Source of the DNA: Owenia fusiformis
Lineage: Eukaryota
Assembly (NCBI GenBank): GCA_903813345.2
Contig: CAIIXF020000001.1
Coordinates: forward strand, 22,816,001 to 22,880,000
Reading direction: 5' to 3'
Length of the DNA stretch: 64,000 nucleotides
How positions within the stretch are numbered: the stretch's first letter is position 1; the number at the start of each line of letters is the position of its first letter. A program made the translations under genes and the position numbers. Shown one piece after another: positions 51,701 to 64,000 of the stretch. The notes under the pieces were generated by a model. The model was not told the DNA's origin, ran no database searches, and worked only from the letters and a program-made list of their open reading frames with translations.

Positions 51701-54700
51701 GCATCTTATTGGACACTTCCACATTGAACGTTATCCTCAGCGTCCCAACGTTATCCTTATGAACTGCACACACTTGATTTGGAATCATTTTTAAAGGGCG
51801 TGGTAATATCGTATATGGTCCATTTATGTTATATACAAGTTTATCATATATTAGTAGTTTCGTTGATTTTACTAAAATCCATTTGAGATTGATCTGACCT
51901 GTGGATCATGTGGTTTAAATCGCCGTGTACTAAGATTTGTCTTTCTCCTGGATTGCCATATTTACCATGCCATAGGACTGAATATTTTCACTTAGTTTTG
52001 TTCTACGGTTTGTTTTTAGCGTTCTTCGAATGTTGCCCTTTGTACGATGTCGTTTTGATAAACAAGACCTCCTATTCAGGAAAGTTCAAATATCGGAAAG
52101 TGAGAAGTTATTCAGAGTTTTGGAATAATAGACATAATATTAAGTTAAATAACACCCTTGAAGTTACAGCTTCTTCCGTTTGCAATGGTACATACCGAAC
52201 ATCGCATTATGAGGAGACCCTTGACAGACGAAACAATCAACGTGTCAATATCAGCATATCTGAAATAATACAACAAATAATCCTGTTCTATTGGATATAA
52301 AAGTTATATGCATTTGACACATAGCAGAAATTTGTAACCAAAGATGAGGCATATTAGAAATCATAACTCTATCATAATATGTGGAAATCTAATTCGCGGA
52401 ATAACTTGACGAGCAGTATAGCAGACTTAACTGCGAGTTATTGACTTACTGTATCTAATCATCGTGTTATCGTTGTTCAATCATCTTGTATATTCTCTAT
52501 TGTACATGCTTCAGTGAACCCAGATCAACAAATGTATGTTTTATATGCCCCTTTAACACTATTCTCCTAAGAGATGGGCACTAAATCATTTACTGACTCA
52601 TAGAACTTTCATAATGTCTAAATGTTTTCCCAAGCCGGCAATAGCAATTCCGACCTTTATCAGAGTGAAATATATTCAGAAATGGTTGAATCGGTTATAC
52701 TACAACTTCAGAATGATAAACGTATAGTTATTACCCAACATAAATCAAAACCAAACATGTGGCCAGGATACCAACAGTTCGGTATGAGTTTAATTTCTTT
52801 GAAAAAACTCTTCCCAAGAGGAAAAAGTTAATAAAGTTTTCATAAAATCTTGCCTGGAAATACGTGGAGTATCTAATCAAAATAATAGTTGAATAAAAAG
52901 GTGAAAGCTGCCTTTAATTGTAATAGCATTTATCCCAGGGTACAAGGTTGAGATACCCTCTGAATTCAGGTACTGATTCATCCTCACTTATCCAACGCCC
53001 TTTTCTAATAGGCATAAGAGCTCATAGACCACGTGTTGCTCAAACTTTAGCATGGTTGCTCTGGTTCAAGTATGTATGGAGTGAAATAAAAATGAATGAC
53101 AGGAGAGGTACACCAGCCTCCGAACGCATGGCTCCACATCATCCACGATGTTCCTTCTCTACTTCTTGGAGACCTGTGTTCGGAGGAATTGAGGTACATA
53201 TGAATGATGCTAGACTAATACAAGGATTTTTGATTCTAACATAGGATGAAACCTAGTTATTCAAAGAGGAAATAGAATTGTCTCATTATTCTCCTTCTCC
53301 AGTTACTGACAGGGAATGTCAATTAAGACAGAAGGAGACAAGTTTAGTTGAAATAGCATTCTACTGCTTTCCCCTAATGAGCCCTGTTGATTCGGTAAGT
53401 TCTAATAATAGAGCCAGTCCTGTCAAAGGTGATGAGAGCAAAAGATCAGTTTGGGATAAATATACACTTATTTGTACAATATACCCATTACCAAGCCAGC
53501 ATAGTCAATCCAGTTCATATACTGTTGTCCATCCTCCATGTTTGTTTATTACAACATCATTTTCGCATTCCGATTCATCAGAGTCTCTCTAAAATACTAG
53601 TAGCTTGTGAGAGACCATCTCTCTTTTCAAGGGATAGTAGAGACTGAAGATCCCACAATGCTATTTTCGTATGAAAGGTTCTAAAAACGTTGATCATATG
53701 TACTTCTAGATGCTACGTGTACCTTCCCCGAGAGTTGGCGAGGCCGATGGCGAATGCATACACAAGTAGTGGATATCACAGAGGAATCGTGGACGGTGGC
53801 GTCTGAGCTGGAAGCAACATGCTTGGAGCAGAAAAACTCATATTATCTACTGAAGGAGGAACGAGAGTGAGTATAATAATGAGGCCAAAGAGCACAAGGG
53901 GAAACACTTAAAAACGTTTTCAATTTCCCTGTTTACTGTCTTTTATGAAAGAAATGCAATTTTGGACAAGGAGTTGTAGGCCACTTCAGGGAAAAGGCTA
54001 TTTGAACACACTGTGATGTGACTGTCTTGGAAAGCAACAAAAAAGGGAAAAGCCCAATAAACCATATCTAACCAAAAAATGCAACTTTTAAACATAGTTC
54101 TCTGAATTATTAGAATAGTATCGCATTGCCTCATAAAGGTAGATTATTTGACTCTCCTCAATCTACGATGCTATGAAGTGCAGCTAATATCTAGATACGG
54201 AGGCTATTTGTATCCTATTGAAGAGCTCTAGATGGTAATTTTATCGCACAGTGGTTGTTTTAGTCGTGTTTTTGTTGCAGTAAATACCCCCTTTACTGAT
54301 ATCCAGTTTGTTGTTGTCTTAAACGATCATTAACATTTCATCTGGCAGCTCAAAACGATCGTAAAACAACCTCTTTGACCAAACTTGTGCAATCGTATAA
54401 AGAATCGAGGTTCTGGTCGAAAAAGTTGATATACTAATGTAAAGTAAACAGTTATTATTATCTGTATGTATAAGGATCCAATTGTAAATGAAAAAAGTTA
54501 CTTAATGTGCCATTTGATATACTTTAATATCAGGTATGATACTTTAATGCAACGAAATCATGTTTCTAGATACATATTATTGAATTCGCGGGTCTCAGGT
54601 ATCTGGGTTCTGGAATGCATTATTGATGCAATATTGCTATTACATCAGATATGAAATTCGCCATCACGATCTTGCCAAAATATTTTGATTTGTTCCACTT

Positions 54701-55651
54701 TCATGTTGAAGTATACACAAATAGCCAAAAATTATCTATGCAGGATTATCGATAATCCTAATCCCTTGGAACCCTGGAATGTTAAAGTTAAGTATAGTCT
54801 AACGTCATTGGCAATAGTTATTGAAGTAACTTGACCCAATCTTATCCTTTACGGGCGTTTTACAGATCTAGATAACTTACCAAACATAAAAATGTAAATG
54901 GGCAACTGATTAACGGCCTATTAGAGTTAACCGGCGGATTTACACGTTGAATACTTGATTATCAGTCTTACGCGTAAAAAGGAACTCCATTTAGCAAACA
55001 AAAAACAGTTTGCATGCATGGTCAATTTATATTGAGCCACTTGTGCAAATATTCCTAGTCTAGGGTTATGAAATTTAGCGATGCAATTGCGATGACAAAG
55101 AGCCTTCTTTGGCTATTTAGTCACGCTTGAGGATTTTTCGAAAATATCTACGCTGTCCTTTATTCTGGCCAGCGTCTTGTTTGAGGAAGATTTATGTTAG
55201 AGTACTTGATCAACACGGATCGCCTTTAATCACACAGCTACATTAGAAAGCCATTACCTAAGGGTTAATTACAGAAATAACAAAACTAATGAATAACCAA
55301 ATACCTATCTCCTCGAATGACATTATTTTTTAAGAATTGATTTTCCTTATCATTGAACAAAACTCTCTTTCTTGATTACAATCCGATTCTCGAGGCATTT
55401 CCTAAAAGGTAGTGTAGGAAATAAGAAACGCATTGTGCATATTAATTCACTGTCTAGATGGAAATATCCTTTAGCTTCGTGTCTCTTGTGCCATTAGACG
55501 CAATTGGGGTTCTGGTAATAACAACTTCACATACGATCAAGTGAAGCAGTTTTCTTTAGAATACATGAATATCAGAGATGTTTGATCAATTCTCTATAGT
55601 AGATCACAATCAAAACTTTTTAAGTAAGCGTGACAAAATATTTGACATCTA

Positions 55652-56403
55652 CAGGGTGACCCAAAAACCGCTCCAAAAATGAAATAATTTCTTAAACACA
55701 TATGCAATCATGTTCATTTTTCATGAACAGAAACTATAATGACAATGTGAGACCAAATGTGCCCACTTTTGAAAGAAAAGAAAATGAAAGATTTTCATGT
55801 CAACCAAAAGGTTACACATCGTTTGTTCAAACACATCACATTCTTTTAGCTTCCTGTTAAGCTGCATGTTGGGAGTATAGAGGGTGAGGTCATTAATGAG
55901 GAAGTCTCTAACAACCTTTAAGTCATCTTTAGGTGTGGTTGCAGCGATATTTTGGAACTACGTTCAATGCAATCACACATCATTCTGCTGTCTTGATGAT
56001 TTCTTAAGAATTTAACCGATGGATGAGCGTTTGGGGTGTTCTTGCTCAGAGGCCAGGAATTTCAGCCATCTGATCTTTTACTAGGTGTTTTACCATTGCT
56101 TATTTTTCATTTTTCAATTAAGATATTGAACGAGACTTTCATTTCATGTATTCCTTGGAATTTCCTTCTGAATTTCTCAAAAAATCTCAAGAAATGATTT
56201 TGTCTCAGTGTTGACTCTTTCCTAAAATTGGACACATTCTAAGATCATCCATCATATCACAAATAATCGAATTCGTGTAACAAACTTGATGTCAAATTAT
56301 CGTCCATAGATTCTAGTTTATGCACATAAAAACTGGGTTGATAGGAAAGGTATTTAAGAAATTTTTACACTTTTAGAGTGTTCTGTTTTTTGGGGTCACC
56401 CTG
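55652..56403. mobile_element. Diverged non-autonomous Tc1/mariner element
   Basis: TA|CAGGGTGACCCAAAAA...TTTTTGGGGTCACCCTG. Right TSD not preserved. Confidence 0.7.
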
Positions 56404-59400
56404 GAGAATTCATTTCGTTTAGCTTATAAATCGTATAGATTTATCGACATCGAACTAATTTTGTCCAACTATGTACCAGTTTGAATCAACTTAATCACAC
56501 GCTGGTAATATTTGACTTTTTCAAAACGTGCATCACATTTAGGAATTTTAGGTATTTTGCAAAAAAGCATTTAAAGTCTCCCAAGTCATTATTCTTCAAG
56601 CAACTTGCAAGTTGGTGAAGGCGCAGTGTAAAAAAATCTTAGCAACAATACCTATTTAGATTCTTATTCGTCACACCAGGTTACAAAAGCAAAATGTTTT
56701 TGGCTACTGCTTATATTTTATTCTTTGATTTAACTCATGAGTGCAAACCACATCTAAATCTGGGCCGGCCCCGTTGGGTCTTCGCTCTTGAGCGAACTAG
56801 TCGGGCCTCGGCCGTGGTTTGGCAACGCTATGCAGATCTCTGGGCAGGGGCTGTGTGGTTACGAGTAAGATTAGGCCTGTTCACTAAGCGATGTTACGGT
56901 ACCTCCGTGAATTGCTGAAATTGCATTAATGGGATTGTTACGATCACAATTTCGAGATTTCATTTGATAATTAAGTTAATGTCCATTAACACTATGGGCT
57001 TCAGCCGGGTCTTTATTGGATTTTTCAGCTCCTTTGACAACGAACATATATCTTGCTTATCTCTGGGGACGTCTATGCGCTCACCAAGCAGGCCTGATCA
57101 ATTATTTAGTCGGTCCTCTCTATACTTTACATACAGCGATTGCGGTGCCATGATATCAAGTACAGATCTGTCCTTAGACCCATGGGTGTAATATTTATTT
57201 GTAATAGGCAATAAAGGCAATACGGTGATTCCAATAAAAGAAAAGTATATACCCTGAATTAGTCCCAGACGGTTTTGTTACTGCGAAAGATATGTTTATT
57301 TTTTACCTTAAAGTGTTTCATTTTTTCCATCTGGCAATATATACACTGCAATAAAGAAAATGAAAGATGAATAATTAAAAATAATATCCAACCCAAAGCA
57401 ACAATTGGTATGTCTCTAATTAAGGGAGGCGTGTCGAATTAAGAAAGAACATAAGACTTTCTGAAAACAATTACTTAGCAAACACATTTGGTTTATTAAG
57501 GAAAATTACGGAAACACATTCTTGTAAGGTAATCAATATTTCTTTTGATATTGATGAATGAGACTGTCAGCTTAGTAATCATTCTCCTGAACAGGTTTAC
57601 AAATAAGTTGTTAGACACAAGATCTGATCACTACTTGAAGTTAAGGCATCTTATATGTATGTGGATCACATGACATCACGTCATATCTGATATGATTGTA
57701 TTGTCTCTGAATATTATATGAGACGGGTAAGTATGATGGATTCGAAACAGCTGGAGAATGGGAACATAATTACACTTTTCAATTTGAAAAAAAAAAATTC
57801 TTCAAGCAGGAAATCAAAGAATTGAGGCCAATTGGATTTGATTTTTTGTTTTCTAGTAGTTTGTTCAAATTTGGCCTTCACAATGTTGGTCAAAAACTCT
57901 CAACTGGTAAAACAAATACAAAAATCGTTACCTTAAAGGTATCAGATCAATTCCAATCTGTCTCCCCTTTGCTACAAGGGGTCGTATCAATTGACCAATG
58001 AAAATTGGGAACTTGGATTATTTCACATGTTTGACATATTCCCTCCAGGGATACCCAGGGGTTCCTTTATCAAAACTGGAAAGACTTAAATATGAACATT
58101 TGTTTTTGAGCGCACTTATGTCACTTCCAGTAATAGGTTTTCTGTAGTTAAGCAGTGTTTCATTTTACAAAACGCTCTTTTCATTTTGAAGATAATACTC
58201 GCATCTGTATCTGTTAGAGATGTCGATCTACGTATGTACAGGTCACCATGGTGATTACTGTATAAGCAATAATGAATCCTCAACTTCCTAGCTTATTACA
58301 AAAACATAAATTCAGATCATGTCCCGACAATTATCATTTACATTCATTGCAAGTTTAATTAAATTTTTGACGGAGTGTCACTTCCATGGGAACACCAACA
58401 TTCCCATTTGTTTTGTCTATTCAATCCATAAATTACTTCCATGGAGATTGTTAATAAAGAACTGATTTCCTACAATTATCTTTACTGTTATAATTCCAAT
58501 GCAAATGACACATTTATGGAGCATTTCTTTAAAATAAACACACAAAGGCCAAAAATAAGGTTTATGGTTCAAACACACAATGGATGATGATTCCTATTTA
58601 GTGACTCTTGGACCACCTACCAATTAGAAAAATATCCACCTTCTTTTCAATATTTCTCTTCGGACCATTAAGTATCGGTTCTGAAAGGTGTGGTCTCACT
58701 TCTTGAATCTAAAGTCGATAAAACATCCGTGAAAAAAACACATTTAGAAGGTCTCATTCTGTCCAGTGTGACAATCAGGAGGGATTCCAGGAACACAAAA
58801 TGTTTTACAAACACAAGATTTTTAAGGACTCATTCGTGTGATTAGAGAACGTGAAACAATACCTGTCTTTTAATCCTAATGTATCTTTTAGCTGGTGGCG
58901 GTTCCGGCTCTTCTAAAAAAAACTGTTTGACAACTACAAGAAGCAATGCAATATGTTACCGACTCTAAAAACACCTCTGGGTACACTTGCTATAACCTTA
59001 AGTATCGTATCAGCCAGTTGTGTGTAAATTGAACGTGTCCATCAACAGCCTCTCGAGATAGCCGAGTGGCTAAGGGGGCACTTGTCCAGACTTGGCAATA
59101 AAAGGCATTAACGTCTCAAATACATGCAGACAACTTTGTTATCGTCCAAGCTTCAAAGTTGTCTACAATTTCTCTAATGATAAAATATGATTGCTCAAGT
59201 GGGGGACTTTATATGCAAACTTCCATCCCTGATCGAAACAGTACTACCACTGTATCGTTCCCTTCACGCCCATGACCATGCACCTGTTATCAAACAAAAT
59301 TTAATTTTTAACTAAATTTAGGTTTTCTTGCTTTGAAGTAGCGGATATATTGTTTACATAAACGCAAACATGTCAAGTACTACAAGTCACAAATGTGCTT

Positions 59401-62400
59401 TTTTTCTTCCATAATTATTTTCGATCTAATATCTGTATATTATCCAGCAGTCTGCGAAATATCAGACAGGATTAGCCCTAAGCAACAATTAACCATATTT
59501 TGCATTAAGCCATCCTAAAGAGAAGAATAATGGTTTCTTAGTTTATTCTGAAAGGTTGGAAAATCTCCGAGGAAATACTTTGTTCACTTATGTGAAATTA
59601 CTTAGTATGTACATTAATAAAACTGTATACAAAAACATTGCCACAGATTGAGCAGTATCAGGTATATCACATTTGAAAATATTCTATTACTCCATCAGAT
59701 ACGGACAACATATGTGAGCAATTTGGTTCGATGTTTACAAATATGGAGTATATTTCCTCCTTGTATGATAACACATCGAGAAGATTATTAGGATAACGTT
59801 TGTTTGTTTTTGACGTTCCGTATTGGTTTAACGCGTTCATATGATTTATAGAGGGTGTGAATTGGTATGTTTCTTAAATGTTGTTAAATAAGTGTTAAAA
59901 AACGCTTGTCATCTTTCTCGATAACCGTTGTCTTGGCATTCGATGGCGTAAACTATTTGCTTTCCAACGGGACATTTTAAAATGCTACAGCTAAATACCG
60001 AACACATGCTTTTTGTTTTGAAAAACAATGAGTGACATTTGTCTGTTTTTCCACGCGGTATGCTTCGATCACAAACACTGTTGTTATGGTGTCATCCTCT
60101 AGTAACTCTCGAAACAACACATTCACTCGAGTCTAATTGGAAGCCATGGATATAACCGTTATTTTTCCTTCATAATGGGTAATAACATAGGCAATAAAAT
60201 AAAATGCCATCCCGGTGTCATATCATGATGAGGTTATACATATATTAATTCGTTCGGTGAAAGGACAACAAAACACAAACGCAAAATGAACTAAGGAGAC
60301 ACACATTCCAAATAACGAGTAAACTGTTTATTTGAATAAAATAAAAACATAATTATCTTGCAAAACATTCAAAACAAAAGATGCTTTTTGGCAATGAACA
60401 ACATTCTTTACATGACTATAACATTTTATTAATTGGGTAGACTCTAGTAGCTACTCTGTGAGACTTCCTGACTGTGTCATTGTTGAATTTCTGTTTTTCC
60501 TTATATTTCATATTTTGGCGAATATGACTTCTAGAAATCACTCACTAATGTCTTTGGTTCAGAACAAAACAAGAGAATACGTGAATTATTTCCTTCTGAC
60601 GCCCATCCTATATTTTAAATGTTTTTTTAACCCGTCATACAATGATCATTGATGTTGCAACTACAGTCATACTTATTAATTAGCTTTGGTGAATATTGTT
60701 TTGTGAGTGTAGACGGCCCGGAGGCGGCATCATACGGAGATGTTAAGGAACACTAAGGAACGCTAATTAATTATATTCTGAAAATACAAATTCTCCTCTT
60801 TGATGCATCATTTTTCACCTATGCTTCCCAGGTAGTAATTAAGACAGGTGTGTATTTTACCTGTAATTTTCCTTTGGTGTAACGCAATCTTTGAGCTAAC
60901 CTTACCGTAATGGAAAACACGAAGATTAGCTGGCATTGGAGCAGATGCGTCAGATAATGGAAACATTTTCTTGAAATGTAACTCCTAGTTGCGACTTCAT
61001 TATCTTTGCAAAACAATCATACGTATTAGATGCCAGAAGGTTATGATTTTATGGATATCGTTTGCATTATTAATACAAATTTCAGTCATCGTCTATACTT
61101 AACAACAGTGTTCATATATTGAGAATTGAACAATTTCATATTCTTGAAGAAATATATGGACTGGAACAATTAATTTAAAAGCAGAAAAGCATAAAATAAA
61201 AATATATGACAGCTTAATGTGCGCATATGGACTGGGAATTCTCTGTATAAACCTACAAACCAACCCTCACATATGCTCTACTCCGGCGGTACTGTACCGT
61301 TGCCATGGTTACCCTTGGATACGAAGATACTGACCACCCCGTTGAAGGTCATACATCCATTAACAATAACTCATCTCTGTATCAGCAAAGATATTTATAA
61401 TCAAATTAGAGATATTCCATTACCGTATGTTAAGAATCATACAGAATAATGGGAGACGTCCATTTACGTTACTAGGCAACACCTATTGCATAGCAACAAT
61501 TAATTTCCGTCTTATTTTCGTATATCAGGTTTAAGACAAAATGTATTATACTTTTCCAGACCGTCAATTTCATGCAGATATCATCAGAGATACAATTAAC
61601 GGATTATTTTTTCATCGTTTTCCGCATGTCATGACTTGCTGAGAAAGCACATTATAATACATTTCGTACAATCTGTTGTGCTCGGAGGATGGACGTCACA
61701 ACCTGTAGATGGATATGAACAATGGCGACGACGTGTGCAGACGTGTGCGAAAACAAGCAGAAAATTGAATCGTAAATTGTTAATTGGTTCCGGGATTATC
61801 TCTTGCTCGTTTCAGAATTTATATTGATTTCACTTTTGCATAGAAACATTACTTCATCTGAAAATTGGGCACAACGGCCAACTCTAATTTGCAATGTCTT
61901 ACGTTGATATTGTGCGGTTGCAAGCTGGTATGAATCGTAAAGCGTAAAATTTTAAAAGAAAATTATTAAATTAGTTTGTCGCTTCCATGGTTTCATGACA
62001 CGAGAAAATATGAATTTTGGAAAAAGCAAGTTGACATCGTATTCTATTAAGAAAAAATGTAGACAATTACGGTGATTAGGCTGAAATGAATGATTCATAA
62101 TGGATTTTATTTAGTATCTTTATTAATATCAAAGGGTTTAAGGCATGTCTAAAAGCCCATATACCTAATGGAAAATCATATTGTCGATTTATGTCTCACT
62201 CTTTATAAACTAACACACTCTATATGAGAAAACGAAAAGTGTAAAAATGTTAATTATCTCATTCATTTAGTTCTTAGTCATATGCCACATTTTAACCCCT
62301 AGGAATACATTGGTATGTCAAAGCCAAGATAATTCCTTAAATTATGGTACTTGTATATAAATATGAAAGGCTTTTGTAGGAGAATCAATTACATCATTCA

Positions 62401-64000
62401 GGTTAAATACTTTTAAATATGATTTATTGTTTCCCGATGTTGATTAATATTGCGGCGTGTAATTACCTATCCGGATTCATCATCATTGTCTATCAGAATC
62501 GTGATTATAAAAACATATTTACTGAGTGAAAACATTTGTTGTAAAGTTTCGATGCACATCAATAACGAACAGTCTGATTTTTCGCTCTTACTTGTTTAAA
62601 AGGGCAATCAACCTTTATTTATATTCACATTTTCAAATCTCAGTCGATGTCGCCACCTGGCCGTGTAACTAATAACTACATGTACATGCACCGTCCGGGA
62701 CCATCGCCATGCTCGCAGCATGGCGATCGCCGCATGATCGATAAACGACCTCACTAGATCGCCTGTATCTTCTAGATACGTTAACTGACAGACACAGAAA
62801 TTGATAAAGAATGGTACATCAAGCATCAATTAGGGAACGAGGAGCTTTTACGATGGTACAATGGTACAATAATTGCAATATTAGATCACTGCCTTTAATT
62901 GTATCTGATAAGAGCTTCTTGTTTTGTTACTGGTTCGTGAGTAGCTTGGGTTATATGTTGAGGACTATCAGATAGCATCTGTGGGAACTCATAATATCAA
63001 ACATATCCTTTCATGTAAAATAACGGTTCATTTTATGAAGAAAATAAAAAGAAAAAAGTTCTCGTATACTTTGAAGAGGTGACAGACCAAAGGGCAACAT
63101 TTACAATCTCGAAAAAGAATAGGACATTTATTTTGGATAGTTATTTAAGTATGGATTGCGAGTTGCGACTCAGCCCATTACTATTTAAATGCTACATGCA
63201 CACACAGGTTGTAAGACCACACATATCATGTGAACACTAAATAGTATTATTTATCACGTTATTAGATAATAATGGTTTTTGAGGTCAGGCAAGCTTGTAT
63301 TGCAATACTCAGAAAAAAATAAACCAAACGTACACCTTTAAGAACATTTTTCATCTCCGAGGAATGAATTTGTCAGTATCCACTGAAATCCTTGAATATA
63401 TTCCATTAAAAGAGCTTAATCTTTAATGGAAATTCTTGGAATAACATTCTTGATTTGGAATTTTAGCTTTAAAACTTTTTTATTCGCCATAATAAAGAAA
63501 GTGTGATGATTTTTGTCAATTGCCTGGAGTATTCCAGATATATGAGCAGCGGTGTATGTGGAACCTACACAATAGAAAATCTTCCATATGTTAATATAAC
63601 AGTCCACGTAGATAGCCTAGCATGGTAATTACAGCCTCTTTTAGATTATTTACAACTCTCTGTGAGCAAATTAACGGGGTAAAATATTGGAGGAAACAAA
63701 ATCATATTTATTTGTGCAGAGGCGAGTGTTTTCCAATAAAGAAGAACTCTAATTCTTCTTTACGAGAATCATGTGGGAATCCTAATAAAGGGTCTGTAAA
63801 GCTATGTCACTTTTTGATTAACTTTATAACCTAAGTTGTTGATAGGGCGCTGGTCAATATGGGCATTTACGACGGTTTATGAGGAGAAACGGATTATTGT
63901 TTCTTTGTTCTACGAATTAAATCGACTTTGTCATTTCATAGAATTTGACCAAGCAAGGCGTCTTGTTTTCAAAGTTATCTATTGAAACATATTTATAAAA

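Larger units (their letters stand above)
18500..64000. pseudogene. Extended block of decayed, intronless coding-like DNA (possible endogenous large DNA virus or giant element); boundaries approximate
   Basis: Manual translation gives repeated 80-150-codon protein-like frames with only occasional stops, e.g. minus ~20966-21330, ~44290-44860, ~56730-57200, ~58890-59290. A recurring promoter-like motif is seen only in this block. No hallmark gene recognised. Confidence 0.4.

Noticed and set aside
58030-58090. Minus-strand GTPGYPW resembling the picorna-like RdRp motif (TSPGYP)
   Set aside because: No downstream RdRp A/B/C motifs recognised; likely chance.
59050-59125. tRNA-like A box (gatagccgagtggctaagg)
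   Set aside because: No convincing B box or cloverleaf, and it lies within a coding-like frame on the opposite strand.
59225-59290. Minus-strand QVHGHGREGNDTVVVLF resembling SF1 helicase motif V
   Set aside because: Loose match only; no Walker A or motif VI recognised nearby.

Overview
AT-rich eukaryotic DNA, most likely an invertebrate animal; the repeat repertoire resembles lophotrochozoan (mollusc/annelid) genomes, which is an inference. The only clearly intact protein gene is an intronless extended-SDR NAD-dependent dehydrogenase/epimerase at 9641-10675 (+). Its motifs match the bacterial/fungal D-erythronate dehydrogenase (DenD-like) subgroup, and it has a plausible eukaryotic promoter, a possible 5'UTR intron and a 30-bp minisatellite downstream. 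The first ~18 kb is otherwise a patchwork of non-autonomous DNA transposons (Tc1/mariner, Kolobok-like, Transib/CMC-like, HINE/Pearl-like), a tRNA-like Pol III head and short satellites. From ~18.5 kb to the end, the background reads like heavily decayed, gene-dense, intronless coding DNA on both strands. It carries a recurring 16-bp TATA-like motif and a symmetric divergent promoter-like element, so it may be an ancient endogenised large DNA virus or giant element; I could not identify a hallmark gene. This block is interrupted by younger insertions: a 5.75-kb decayed Academ transposon with satellite-containing TIRs, several MITEs and a homogeneous 62-bp tandem array. No CRISPR array, rRNA or intact tRNA was found.
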